Positions 11,792-24,131 of a stretch of DNA of 64,000 bases are shown in pieces. The stretch comes from Heterodontus francisci (Eukaryota). Location of the stretch: positions 104,442,649 through 104,506,648 of the forward strand of contig NC_090371.1 of NCBI RefSeq assembly GCF_036365525.1, given 5' to 3'. Positions within the stretch are counted from its first letter, which is position 1, and the number at the start of each line of letters is the position of its first letter. The notes below the pieces were generated by a model, which was not told the origin of the DNA, did no database searches, and saw nothing but the letters and a program-made list of their open reading frames with translations. The position numbers and the translations under genes were made by a program.

Positions 11792-12554
11792 TGTAAATGG
11801 GGAGCTATACTAACAGTGTCCTTTGAGGAGAAATTGACCATTGGTATGTTGAGAGTTCACTGCAGTCTGGTTATAATTTCATCATTTTCATTCCCTGTTG
11901 GATTAGTCAGTCTTTGTCTAGGCAGAATACATGATTATTAAAACATTTTCATGAAGTTTGAAGGCAGGGCGTATGAAGAAGAAAGAAAAAGTCAAGTGCA
12001 AGAATATACTGGCGATCTAACACTCAGAGGTCAACAGGCCTAGAGATGGAAGCATTCTGAGGTTGATAGATGATCGTAACCTTTTATTTTGCTTTCCAAT
12101 GTAAGGGGAATTCTGGAACTAACCGCCCACCCTTCACCACTATTTTCAAGGTGATTGGATGTATGTGGCCAGGTGTGGTAGGCTGTTAAAAGGGTTTGCA
12201 AATGCTATTCATAAAATTCTACTGCTCTTCTAACAGTGGAGGGCATTTACTAGGTGGTGTCAAATCACAAGAGGCGGGCCTCTGGTAAAGTGGGTTAAAG
12301 TTATTGCGGCTCTTAATTCTGTCATCTTAACTTGCCACTGCTAGGTCTAACACTGTCCCATGATATCCAGGTTTACAGGCCTAGATTTTACAATGTTATT
12401 ACCACCAGACTTTCTCTTGGGCTTTAGATAGACTTTTTAAAAACTGAAATGGGCAATTTATACATAATGTGTGATGGTATAACTTCATTTGTAGACTTGA
12501 ATGGATCTGAAGAATAAACTAGGAATGGGAGATAAAAATCTGCGTAAGTTACAT

Positions 12555-12863
12555 TTAGAAACATAGAAGATAGGAAGAGGAGTAGGCCATTCGGCCCTTT
12601 GGGCCTGCTCTGCCATTCCAAAAAAGATCATGGCTCATCGTCTAATTCAGTACCCTGTTCCCGCTTTTTCCCCTTATCCCTTGATCCCTTTGGCATTAAG
12701 AGATATATCTATCTCCTTCTTGAATATATTTAATGACCTTGGCCTCCACTGTCTTCTGCGGTAGAGAATTCCACAGGTTCACCACCCTCTGAGTGAAGAA
12801 ATTTCTCTTCATCTCTGTTCTAAATGGCATATCCCGTATCCTGAGATTGTGACCCCTGGTTCT
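12555..12863 (-). mobile_element. CR1 3' fragment
   Basis: ACATAGAA tail, GGAGTAGGCCATTCGGCCC and the ORF2 C-terminal FTQRVVNLWNSLP region on the minus strand. Confidence 0.85.
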
Positions 12864-13921
12864 GCCTTAACCACCTTATCAACCTGTCCTGCTACCTTCA
12901 GCGATCTGTGGACATTGACTCCAAGGTCCCTCACTTCCTCTACACTTCTCAGTATTTTCCTATTAATCGTCTATTCCTTTGCCTTGTTTGACCTCCCCAA
13001 ATGCAACACCTCACACTTCTCCAAGTTGAATTCCATTTGCCACTTTTCTGCCCATCTGACCAGACCATCAATATCTTCCTACAGCTATCCTCCACATGGC
13101 CAATCTTTGTGTTGTTCTCAAACTTCTTGATCATACCTCCTACATTTATGTCCAAATTGTTAATATATAGCACAAAAAGCAGGGGTCCCAGTACTGAGCT
13201 CTGCGGAATGCCACTGGAAACAGCCCTCCAGTCACAAAAACACCCGTCAACAATTATGCTTTGTTTCCTGCCACTGAGCCAATTTTGTATCCACCTTGCT
13301 GCATTTCCCTGGATCCCATGGAATTTTATTTTTTTAACCAGTCTGCCATGTGGGACCTTGTCAAAAAGCCTTTCTAAAATCCATGTAGACCACATCAACT
13401 GCACTACCCTCATGTATCTTCCTTGTTACTTCAAAAAATTCGATCATGTTGGTCAAACAAGATCTTCCCTTAAACCCATGCTTACTATCCTTGATTAACC
13501 TGTGCCTTTCTAATTGACAGTTTATCCTGTGTCTCAAAGTAGATTCCAATAATTTGCCCACTACTGAGGTTAGACTGACTGGCCTGTAATTATTTGGTCT
13601 ATCTTTCACTCCCTTTTTAAACAGAGATACAACATTAGCACTTTTGCAATCCTCCGGCACCACACCTGTATCCAGTGAGGACTGGAAAATGATGGTCAGC
13701 TCCTCTGCTGTTTCCTCTCTTGCTTCTTTTAACAGCCTAGGATACATTTCATCTGGCCCTGGTGATTTATCAACTTTCAAGGATGTTAATCCCATTAATA
13801 CTTGCTCTCTCCCTATGTTTATCACATTCAGTACTTCACACTCTTCCTCCTTAACTACAATATCTGCATCGTCCCCCTCTTTTGTGAAGACAGACGCAAA
13901 GTATTCATTAAGAACCATACC
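12864..13921 (-). mobile_element. CR1 RT-domain fragment (different subfamily from the adjacent 3' piece)
   Basis: ORFs 13361-13918 and 12949-13413: LNEYFASVF, KSPGPD, NYRPVSLTS, MDFRKAF, SGIPQSSVLGP. Confidence 0.9.
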
Positions 13922-13924
13922 AGT

Positions 13925-14148
13925 ATCATCTTTGAAATAGTGCCATGGGATCTTTCACATCCACCTGAGTAAGCAGATGAGGCCTTGGTTTAACGTCTCA
14001 TCTGAAAGACAGCACCTTCAACAGTGCTCCCTCAGTAGTGCACTGGAGTGGCAGCCTTGATTTTTTTTTGCTCAAGTGCTGGAGTGGGACTTGAACTTGG
14101 AACTTTGTGACTCAGAGGTGAGTGCGCTACCAACTGAACCACAGCTGA
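13925..14148 (-). mobile_element. SacSINE1/DeuSINE-type SINE, 5' half
   Basis: AATAGTGCCATGGGATCTTT, GGTTTAACGTCTCATCTGAAAGAC, GGAGTGGGACTTGAAC (B box). Confidence 0.75.
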
Positions 14149-15085
14149 GAAGAGACGTGTGCAGAGATGTCTGCAGGTAAGTGAGAGAGCAGCTTAGCAC
14201 CAAACCTTGTTTGGCTGCTGAAGTGAAGAGTGTACAACATTAGGTGGATTTAATGAGGATTGCTCTCTTTGCCTTTTCCCTATACTATACAACATCTGTA
14301 GATCAGCATGGCATCATTGCCTCAAGGAGGTGAGTGTTTCAGGCCATATGTAGCTGTTACAATTGCCACATCAGCAGCCCTGTGCTGCGTGGTAGCTCTT
14401 GGTATCCTTGCAACACCTAGCACAGCTTTGCATCTGCCTATCTGTTGATAGCAATTTAGAAAATAGATTGTTAGTAAGTGCAACAAGGCCTATGAAAACG
14501 GGTCGTGGCATTTTTGACCTACCATGATTGGGATGCTTCTGAAGAAGCATCCATCTAGCGGGTAGGTGAGATGTGAAGTAAATAACTTGCATCAACTTGC
14601 ACAATGGCTCATGAGAACCTTTATTGTATCAGTGATGGCTGAGATTCACTTTTTTGAGCTCCTCCTCTTCAGATTATAAACTTCCTTGCCCGTGAAGCAG
14701 GCTTCTGGTGAGTACTACTTTCTGCTGGGAGTGGCCTGAATAATGTTTGATATTGTGTCAAATAACACCACGATGGAAAGATCTGAAAGCGTCTCCATTA
14801 TCTAGCATTTCTTCTAATGAGATCCCACATTTCGCCCACTGCTGGAAACAACAAAACTTTCTTTTTATTTCCCCCACAGCTTAAAAATATGCTTGCCATC
14901 ACCTATCCTTTTGGATAAGATTTAAAGCAGCAATTAAAATGTTTAGTCAGATTGTAGAGGTTCCTCGTCAAGCGGGTTCTCTCGCCACCTTCTGGAACTA
15001 AATTGGGAGAATGACCTATCGTTTATTAAAAAGTAGATTGTCTATAGTGGGTCAAGGACAACCTATAAGGCATTATTCTACTGTT

Positions 15086-15170
15086 AGTCTCAATGTATGG
15101 GTCCCACACAGCTGGCAACACCATTGAAGATAAGCCTGGCTTGTACGTGTGATCGCAATGAAACTCCAAG
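15086..15170 (+). repeat. 85-bp direct repeat, left copy (target-site duplication)
   Basis: 84/85 identical to 15840-15924. Confidence 0.95.
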
Positions 15171-15839
15171 GTCCGAGTGTATCAAGCCTGTGTCCTCAGT
15201 ACCTTGCTCTATGGCAGCGAGGCCTGGACAATGTATGTCAGCCAAGAGCGACGTCTCAACTCATTCCATCTTCGCTGCCTCCGGAGAATCCTTGGCATCA
15301 GGTGACAGGACCATATCTCCAACACAGAAGTCCTCGAGGCGGCCAACATCCCCAGCTTATACACACTACTGAGTCAGCGGCGCTTGAGATGGCTTGGCCA
15401 TGTGAGCCGCATGGAAGATGGCAGGATCCCCAAAGATACATTGTACAGCGAGCTCGCCACTGGTATCAGACCCACCGGCCGTCCATGTCTCCGCTTCAAA
15501 GACATCTGCAAACGCGACATGAAGTCCTGTGACATTGATCACAAGTCGTGGGAGTCAGTTGCCAGCGTTCGCCAGAGCTGGCGGGCAGTCAGTCATTAAG
15601 GCGGGGCTAAAGTGTGGCGAGTCGAAGAGACTTAGTAGTTGGCAGGAAAAAAGACAAAAGCGCAAGGGGAGAGCCAACTGTGTAACAGCCCCGACAAACA
15701 CATTTTTCTGCAGCACCTGTGGAAGAGCCTGTCACTCTAGAATTGGCCTTTATAGCCACTCCAGGCGCTGCTCCACAAACCACTGACCACCTCCAGGCGC
15801 TTACCCATTGTCTCCCGAGACAAGGAGGCCAAAGAAGAA
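15171..15839 (+). mobile_element. RTE LINE 3' fragment
   Basis: Near-identical to the RTE at about 54614-55270; LRWLGHVSRMEDGRIPK, C2HC finger CSTCGRACHSRIGLYSHSRRC and (GAA)n tail; carries a premature TGA and a 4-bp duplication. Confidence 0.92.
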
Positions 15840-15924
15840 AGTCTCAATGTATGGGTCCCACACAGCTGGCAACACCATTGAAGATAAGCCTGGCTTGTAC
15901 GTGTGATCGCGATGAAACTCCAAG
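15840..15924 (+). repeat. 85-bp direct repeat, right copy (target-site duplication)
   Basis: Begins immediately after the RTE (GAA)n tail. Confidence 0.95.
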
Positions 15925-16409
15925 TTTTTGTTTCATCTTCTCACCCCCGCACCTCACTACTTTCTGGAACTCCTGAGACTGTCCACTAAAAATGTTACTA
16001 CATTTAGTATCTCGGTGATACAGACTTCTGGATGTTGTAAATGCCATGAAGTCAGCCACTTCTGATACTTTATACACCAGCACTGGTAAAACTGTCATAC
16101 AGCTATCCTGTATGCACAGGTCATCTGCGTTTGTGATGTGGGAGATTGACACATTTAGGCAGCTCTCCTGTGACCAATAATATTAAAAACACCCAGGATT
16201 TATATAATATACCAATGGTGATTAATTGAACTTTCCTTCTTTGAGTCAGTTCTGTACATGAAATAAAAAGTTACTTAAATATGTTACCCCAGAATTAAAA
16301 GTACATTGACATTACAGCATTGCAGTTCAATCTTTAGTTGGTTCATTTTTCAAACTTGAAGTACATTTTTTTCAGTTCTGAAAATGAGAGGTACTAAATT
16401 TCTATCACC

Positions 16410-16914
16410 TGTCACTGACGTCTACATTTGCATTGCTACTCACAAGGGGGAATGTGAACTTCTGGGTGTTGTAATGCAAGCATACCCACAATGTGGTGTC
16501 TATTGCCAGCTTGAGTCATATTGCATGACCTCAAAGGCAGTTAAGAAACAGGTGTCTGCATGCAGAATTATAGGAAGCCTCTTTTTTTGCTACAAAAACT
16601 GTAATGGTATCTCTGTCTGACTTTAACCTCTGGTAGGCTTATTTATAAACCAGGTGCCTTGTGGAACTGCAGGGATCTGAATTGGAGCTGTACAAACACG
16701 AATTGGTTACAGCTGTGCTTTACAACCATGTGGCAGGATACAACAGACCAACTGCCATAATACTCCCAGGTTTCAAGGGCAGAGGGAGGCCTGGAAGAAG
16801 ACCACACACACGAGCAATTAATTATTTTATGGGAAGGGGAGAAAGTGGGAGGGCTGTCTTTTTATTCCTTTATCAAAAACATCCACTTGAGGACAAACTG
16901 GAATGGTGGTAAGT
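16410..16914 (+). promoter_or_regulatory. Candidate alternative promoter and first exon ending ATG-GTG|GTAAGT
   Basis: TGACGTC 16416, GGAATG 16449, TGAGTCA 16512, MEF2/TATA-like TTATTTATAA 16639-16648, CAGGTG 16651, Kozak GGAATGG with ATG at 16903, donor GTAAGT 16909-16914. Confidence 0.35.
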
Positions 16915-17804
16915 TTTTTTTTAATGCTTCTTTAGGTCCGTTCTAATTTGTTAAATACTTAGTTATCAAACTATGAAACTAAAAATATTTTGGCTTCAGT
17001 TCTTTTTATGCTGAAGATTTTTAGCCTGTTGTATTGTGAAATGTTGCTGTACATGTTGTTGTTTGTCAAAGAATATTCCTAACTAGTTTGTGGCCAGATG
17101 GTGATATATATCCTATCTGTTAAACATGCCAATATATAAGCATTATCATAACTTTTTAAAACTATATATATGACCTTCCATTATTAGCAATTTGGTTTCA
17201 ACAAAAACATATTGGTAACTGTTCATATTACTTGAATGGTTTCACAACTTACCTTTCATGGTTATGTGTGTGAAGGAGACTCATTTTGTGTTCATTGTGA
17301 ATTGAGAAAACTAAATAAAGGGTCAGGTCTTGGAATGCAGGATAATAAGGTCGATGAGTATGAAGACTAGAAAAGCACTCCCATTGTTGTCTTTATTTTT
17401 AGGCCTAAACAATTTGGACTTGCTTACTTCTGCAGTTGTGTAATCAATTGTCTATATTTCTAATAAGTCCATATTTCAATAAAGATGTATTTTAATTATT
17501 TACACTTATTATAACTTCTAATTCTACTTATTTACATCTTTAAAAAAAAAAGTTGAACTGTTAGTTTTTACAGAACTGTAGTTGGTGCCAAATGATGGAC
17601 CGGGTTTGTTTGTGTTCTTCTGACTCGGCAGTTGGTGGTTAAATAGATAAGAAAGCAAGTCTGTTTTTAATTTGGGGTTATAATTAACTATTGAAATAAT
17701 AAAATTCAAGAATATGGTAGCTTGAGTGTACATTGCATTGTGCAATTAATATTTAGTACTGTGTGTAATAATGGTACAATTACTGCTTTTCATTGGAACG
17801 TGGG

Positions 17805-18594
17805 ACAAGATGTTGCATCTCCGCTCTGATCACACTAAGTAACAGCCCACTGGAAGTGGTTAGCAAATTCTATTACCTTGGGTCCACGGTGACAGACCAT
17901 CTGTCCCTTGAGGCAGAGTGCGATGTACACATAGGGAAAGCAGCTACCAGCTTTGGCCAACTCGCAAAACGCCAAGCTGACACTTAGGACCAATCTGATG
18001 GCTTACAAGGCCAGTGTACTCAGCACCGTGCTGCATGGCTGTGAAACATGTAAACTTACAGATACCAGAAAAGAAGCTCAATAATTTCCATTTTTGCTGT
18101 CTGTGGCACATTATGGGTATATCCTGGCAGGACAAAATCTCAAGCGCGGCAGAGCTCACAAGTGTGCTGGCACTCAAGAAGCAAAGGCAACTTCAGTGGA
18201 TCAGACACGTCCACAGGCTGGAAGACTGTTGCATACCCAAGGATCTTCTATACGATGAGGTAGCTGGGCCAGACAACCAATGGGGAGCCTAACGCTTCGC
18301 TTCAAGCATGCTTGCAAGCGTGACATGAAGGCCCTAAATGTCAACTATCGCATCCGGCAAAAGAGGGAAATGGAGACATATACTGCAGCTTGGCAACAGG
18401 CGCCAATGTCAAAAACAACAACTCAAAGCATCACTTGGCAGCTTAACATGCAGCACTTGAGGCAGAATCTGCCTCTCCAGAATTGGCCTTCACAGCCATC
18501 AGCAAAAGTGCACCAAGAGAAGACACCCCACCTAAATGGATTGTTTGCTGCTTGTCCATCATCTTTTGTAGATGGAAGCATGGCAACCAACCAA
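17805..18594 (+). mobile_element. Old, diverged RTE-clade LINE 3' fragment
   Basis: LEVVSKFYYLGSTVT..IGKAATSFGQL, LNNFHFCCL..IMGISWQDKIS, LQWIRHVHRLED..IPKDLLY, with multiple frameshifts; (CCAA)n-like tail. Confidence 0.8.
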
Positions 18595-19769
18595 TGGATC
18601 CATTATGTAGGATAGGTTTAAAAATGAAACTGTAGTCTGAACATACCATCTGGGCATTGTCATTGTTCCATGGATTGCTCCGTAATATTGCAGTCATGCC
18701 CTCATTTGTTATCTCTTAAGTCTATACTTCACTACAGGAAACTTTAACTGTGGTAGTTGTGTACAAGATGTATATACAGTTATCTGCAATGAAATGCAGA
18801 CTTAAAAAAAAAAGGAAATTGATTACACGGTTGCAAAATTGAATTGAGTCCAAATAGTTTGTCTCCTGTTCTGAATGTGCACAAGGACTGAAAACTTCAC
18901 TTCAAGAGTTTAAAAATAAAATTGTTGAACTGAGATTAAACCAATTTCCACTAATTAGCAATAACAGCATTTTTAATTACAGTATAATTGTATGATGAAT
19001 GCTGTATCTAGCATAACATTAAGACACTTAAAAGCTCTGTGCAAAATGAATTTAGTGAGCAATTAGTAATTAGAATCTCCAAATGCAGGTGCAGCTGCTG
19101 ATGGCCTAGCGTAACCTTTTTGCAAGCATTTCTATGTCAGTATGTTTCAAATCAGCTGAGAGCAAATAGAACAAAACAGTTGGAACCAAAACAGGAACAT
19201 GTTTGCTGTAGTGAGCCTGAATCAACAATGGGCCAGAATTTGCTGTAGCCAGCAAATGAATGGCAGGTTTGCCCTTGTCCATTTAATTTCCATGAGCTTT
19301 TGCATGCTACATTGCTGTAAATGGGAGATTAAAATGGCACTGTGTCCTCTACAAGGCATCTGGGACATGTGTAAACAGGACAAGCAACTGTGTAATTCCT
19401 TAACCAACTGGATTGAAGGATTTTGAAATAAGCAGTGCAAGGCTTGAGAAGGAAATATAAATTAGTGAATTCAATGTCAAAATCGGGTACAGAAAATAAA
19501 TAGAGAAGGAAGGAAAGATTGGAATGAGAGAGAGGAAAAAAGGAGCAAAGAAAAAATAGTTTCAAAAAAATTCTAAATTTCCAACAGTTGAAAGCTGATT
19601 GATTGAGACTCCACACTTGTGAAAGTTAGTTTTCAGTGTCAGATAGGTTGTTTGGCAGTAATTAAGACTGATCATTCTGATGAAAAGGGTATTTAGACTG
19701 AAATAGACTAGCCCTTACTTTCTGTGACAAGTTTATTTTGGTTTGTATCTACAGTGTAAGTACAAGAAC

Positions 19770-20350
19770 TTTATTTATTTATTTAGAGATACAGCACTGA
19801 AACGGGCTCTTCGGCCCACCGAGTCTGTGCCGACCAAGAACCACCTATTTATACTAACTCTTCAGTAATTGGGCAGCCATAAAGGTGGGGCTAAAGTGTG
19901 GCGAGTCGAAGAGACTTAGCAGTTGGCAGGAAAAAAGACAGAAGCGCAAGGGGAGAGCCAACTGTGTAACAGCCCCGACAAACAATTTCTTCTGCAGCAC
20001 CTGTGGAAGAGTCTGTCACTCTAATATTGGCCTTTATAGCCACTCCAGGCGCTGCTCCACAAACCACTGACCACCTCCAGGCGCTTACCCATTGTCTCGA
20101 GACAAGGAGGCCAAAGAAGAAGAACAGTAATCCCATATTCCCTACCACCTACCTACACTAGGGGCAATTTACAATGGCCAATTTACCTATCACCTGCAAG
20201 TTTTTGGCAGTGGGAGGAAACCGGAGCACCCGGCGAAAACCCACGCGGTCACAGGGAGAACTTGCAAACATCTGCACAGGCAGTACCCAGAATTGAACCG
20301 GGGTCCCTGGAGCTGAGGCTGCCATGCTAACCACCGCGCCACTGTGCCGC
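19770..20350 (-). mobile_element. HE1-type tRNA-derived V-SINE, interrupted by an RTE fragment
   Basis: Reverse complement of 21699-22029, including the V domain and CR1-like tail; head GCGGCACAGTGGCGCGGTGGTTAGC on the minus strand. Confidence 0.88.
19870..20124 (+). mobile_element. RTE 3' fragment nested in the HE1 SINE
   Basis: C2HC finger ORF 19885-20070, (GAA)n tail, 7-bp TSD CAGTAAT (19863-19869 / 20125-20131). Confidence 0.92.
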
Positions 20351-20459
20351 TGTACTATGCACTTGATTGATGAGTCAGCCAGCAAGATGCCATTTTTGGG
20401 AAGCTGTCAACAGAGCAAGCAGCACGTCTCAGACAGCAACTTCCAGATTTAACTATATT

Positions 20460-21056
20460 TTTTTTTGTGTGGGCTTTACTGGCTAGACCAGCATTTATTG
20501 CACATCCCTAATTAATTGCCCTTGAGAAGGGATGGTCAGCTGCCGCCTTGAACTGCTGCAGTCCTTGGGGTGTAGGTACACCCACAGTGCTGTTAGGAAG
20601 GGAGTTCCAGGATTTTGACCCGGCAACAGTGAAGGAACGGCGATATAGTTCCAAGTCAGGATGGTGTGTGGCTTGGAGGGGGACTTGCAGGTGGTGGTGT
20701 TCCCATGCATCTGCTGCCCTTGTCCTTCTAGGTGGTTGAGGTCATGGGTTTGGAAAGTGCTGTCACAGGAATTTTGCTGATGGAGGGAAGGTCATTGATG
20801 AAGCAGCTGAAGATGGTTGGGCTTAGGAAACTACCCTGAGGAACTCCTACAGTAATGTCCTGGGACTGAGATGATTGACCTCTAACAACCATCTTCTTTT
20901 GTGCTAGGTGTGACTTCAACCAGTGGAGAGTTTCCCACCCCCTCCCCCGATTTCCATTGACTCCAGTTTTGCTGGGGCTCCTTAATGCTGTGCTCTGTCA
21001 AATGCTGCCTTGACGTCAAGGGCAGTCACTCTCACCTCACCTCTCCAGTTCAGCTG
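20460..21056 (-). mobile_element. LINE 'family B' fragment with internal deletion
   Basis: 3' end fused at about 20765-20778 to the RT segment GVPQGSFLSPTIFSCFINDLP. Confidence 0.85.
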
Positions 21057-21698
21057 TACATATCTGGCCTCATCTGAGGTTGCTGTGCTATTTGACATAA
21101 ATAGTGGTGAAATTCTATTCCAATGTGAGTAAAATTTCCATCTCTCTTCAAAAATGGAAAATCTCGCCCTTTTAAAGGAGTTGAAGTTTAACTAAATGAC
21201 CAATTAAAGTTTCAACCACAGCTGTTGCTGAAATTTATACATAACTACTGTTTATCAAAACACAATCCAGTAACCAGATGGTTGGAATATTTGAAGTCTT
21301 GTGTATGTGGGGGCGGGGGGAGTGGCATTGGTTGGGAATAATGACTCTGGAATACTCTGTGTACTGCAGTACTGAGATACCTTTTGATTCGACACACGCT
21401 GTACGGAAGATTATTACTGTGCAGCCAATTCAGGAGTTTTAGCAGGATGAATAGATGAGGTTTACTAAGCACATAGATTATATTGCACTTTGTAAGCAGA
21501 CTCAATAGAACAATTCCTTTTGTATTTACATTCCAGGCATCTCGGCATTCACTTGCCATCAGTTCTTTTAAAGTTGTTACTTCCTTCCAAGTTTACAGTA
21601 GAATTTTTATTCTTTTTGTACTTGCCAATTTAACAAAATTCAAAGATTGCTTGAAAGTCAATAAACTCTTATCAGAATATTTTCTTATCTGGATCTGA

Positions 21699-22029
21699 GG
21701 TTAGCACCGCTGCCTCACTGCTCCAGGGACCCAGGTTCGATTCCGGGTACTGCCTGTGTGGAGTTTGCAAGTTCTCCCTGTGTCTGCGTGGGTTTTCTCC
21801 GGGTGCTCCGGTTTCCTCCCACAAGCCCAAAGACTTGCAGGTTGGTAGGTAAATTGGCCATTATAAATTGTCACTAGTATAGGTAGGTGGTAGGGAAATA
21901 TAGGGACAGGTGGGGATGTTTGGTGGGAATATGGGATTAGTGTAGGATTAGTCTAAATGGGTGGTTGATGTTCGGCACAGACTCGGTGGGCCGAAGGGCC
22001 TGTTTCAGTGCTGTATCTCTAATCTAATC
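21699..22029 (+). mobile_element. HE1-type tRNA-derived V-SINE
   Basis: B box GGTTCGATTCC, V domain GTGTGGAGTTTGCA..TCTGCGTGGGTTTTCTCCGGGTGCTCCGGTTTCCTCCCACA, CR1-derived tail GGGCCGAAGGGCCTGTT, (CTAAT)n end. Confidence 0.9.
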
Positions 22030-22987
22030 AAACAAAAATTTGGAAAATGGGGGCCATAATGAACACTGACATTAACATTCACCTTTTTGAGGCATCGGCA
22101 AATAGCCTCCATTCAATGTCTTTTTTTGGGAAAAAGAGGTGAATTCTATTATTGAAATACACAAAAGACCAGGGCCCCTTTTAGCTAGGTAAGGCAACAT
22201 AAAGGTTGACGAGTGGAGGCAAGGTAAAATTACAAAACAGTGAGCAGGTGATATTAGTATTGTTTACTGTACCTTGTCATTGGTATGCTTGAAATCCCAG
22301 CTAGCAAATTTTGTATTAAGATTTACAAGTGTTTTTTAGAATAGCAACTTTTCTAAATTAAACACCTTAAATCTAATTAATGACTTTATTAAAAAAGTGA
22401 CATAAGAACAGATTTGTGGTAATGTGATAATCTTGTGTGTTAGGTTTTTGTAGAATAAATTGGTAGCAGACCATATGACCGTTTACAGCCCTGAAGGCTG
22501 TTTTTAAACCCACTGTTAAAACTGAATTTTGAAGAACCTGGATGAGCTTTTGTGAATAGGCTATATTATGAAAAAAAAATTGTTAGGGAATAAGATTCTG
22601 CACTTTTAATTTTGCTTTGGAAGATTCAAATAAAGATATTAAAATCACTCTGCATTGATTTAGAGATATAAAATACACATGGTAAATTAGAAGCATTTAT
22701 AAATTAAATTTTTGAAATCTGTTGCAATTTATGTAGGAGATTTACTATTGGTGAATTTATAGAAATTGATGTGTACACATCATGTTAGAATACTTGAAGT
22801 AATGTAGTGAAGGTGAAGATAATGGAGTTCATTAAAAATACAACTTGATGCCCTCACAATGGTGTTGTGTACTAGAGGGGAATGAGGTTCAATAGTCTGG
22901 ATGGCCTTTTCTCATCCTGGTCCTAACAATTAGATAGTGTTTTACAGTATTCTTAACACAGACAAGTGAGATATATTCTGGAATTAT

Positions 22988-24056
22988 CTTTTTTTTTATT
23001 AGTCATTCGTGGGATGTGGGTGTCATTGGCTAGGCCAGCATTTGTTGCCCATCTCTAATTGCCCTTAAAAAGGTAGTGGTGAGCTGCATTCTTGAACTGT
23101 TGCAGTCCTTGGGGTGTTGGTACACCCACAGTGCTGTTAGGAAGGGAGTTCCAGGATTTTGACCCAGTGAAGGAACGGCGATATAGTTCCAAGTCAGGAT
23201 GGTATGAGACTTGGAGAGGAACTTGCAAGTGGTGGTGTTCCCGTGCATCTGCTGCCCTTCTCCTTCTAGGTGGTAGGGGTCGCTGGTTTGGAATGTGCTG
23301 TCGAAGGAGCCTTGATGAGTTGCTGCAGTGCATCTGTGGTGAAGGGAGTGAATGTTGAAGGTGGTGAGTGGTGTGCCAATCAAGCGGGATGCTTTGCCCT
23401 GGATGGTGTTGAGCTTCTTGAGTGTTGTTGGAGCTGCACCCATCCAGGCAAGTGGAGAGTATTCCATCACACTCCTGACTTGTGCCTTGCAGATGGTGGA
23501 CAGGCTTTGGGGAGTCAGGAGGTGAGTTACTCGCCGCAGAATTCCCAGCCTTTGACCTGCTCTTGTAGCCACAGTATTTATGGCTGATCTAGTTCGGTTT
23601 CTGGTCAATGGTAACCCCCAGGATGTTGATAGTGGAGGATTCAGTGATCGTAATGTCATTGAATGTCAATGTTAAATTCTCTCTAGTTTGAGTTGGTCAT
23701 TGCCCGGCACTTGTGTGGCGTGAATGTTACTTGTCACTTATCAGCCCAAACCTGGATGTTGACCAGGTCTTGCTGCATATGGACATGGGCTGCTTCAGTA
23801 TCTGAGGAGTCACGAATGGTGCCGAACATTGTGCAATCATCAGTAAACATCCCCACTTCTGACCTTATGATGGAGGGAAGGTCATTGATGAAGCAGCTGA
23901 AGATGGTTGGGCCTAGGACGTGCTAGGTATGACTGCAAGCAGCAGAGAGTTTTCCCCCCTGATTCCCATTGACTCCAGTTTTGATGGGGTTCCCTGATGC
24001 CATACTCTTCAAATGCTGCCTTGATATTGTCAATGGCAGTCACTCTCACCTCACCT
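22988..24056 (-). mobile_element. LINE 'family B' 3' half
   Basis: ATRAGQRLGILRRVTHLLTPQSLSTICKAQVRSVMEYSPLAW; shared 3' tail. Confidence 0.88.
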
Positions 24057-24131
24057 ATTCTGATCTGATCTGTTTAGCTGCCAAAACAGTTTTTCCACAT
24101 GCTTTACTTAAATACCTAACCAGTTAGAAAT

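Larger units (their letters stand above)
19231..21122. mobile_element. Possible old MITE hosting nested SINE and LINE insertions
   Basis: Left GGGCCAGAATTTGC and a weak right inverted match GTGAAATTCTATTCC; the intervening body resumes between the inserts. Confidence 0.25.

Noticed and set aside
12103-12418. Small MITE with AAGGGGAATTCTGG / CCAGACTTTCTCTT ends
   Set aside because: Only 11/14 inverted match and no clear TSD.
15086-15924. 85-bp repeats as LTRs, a DGR template/variable pair or CRISPR repeats
   Set aside because: No TG...CA ends, only two copies, a single substitution, and exact abutment to LINE ends fit a TSD.
21699-21750. tRNA genes (A/B boxes here and at about 20300, 26040 and 35980)
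   Set aside because: These are SINE heads that continue into SINE bodies and LINE-derived tails, with no complete cloverleaf.
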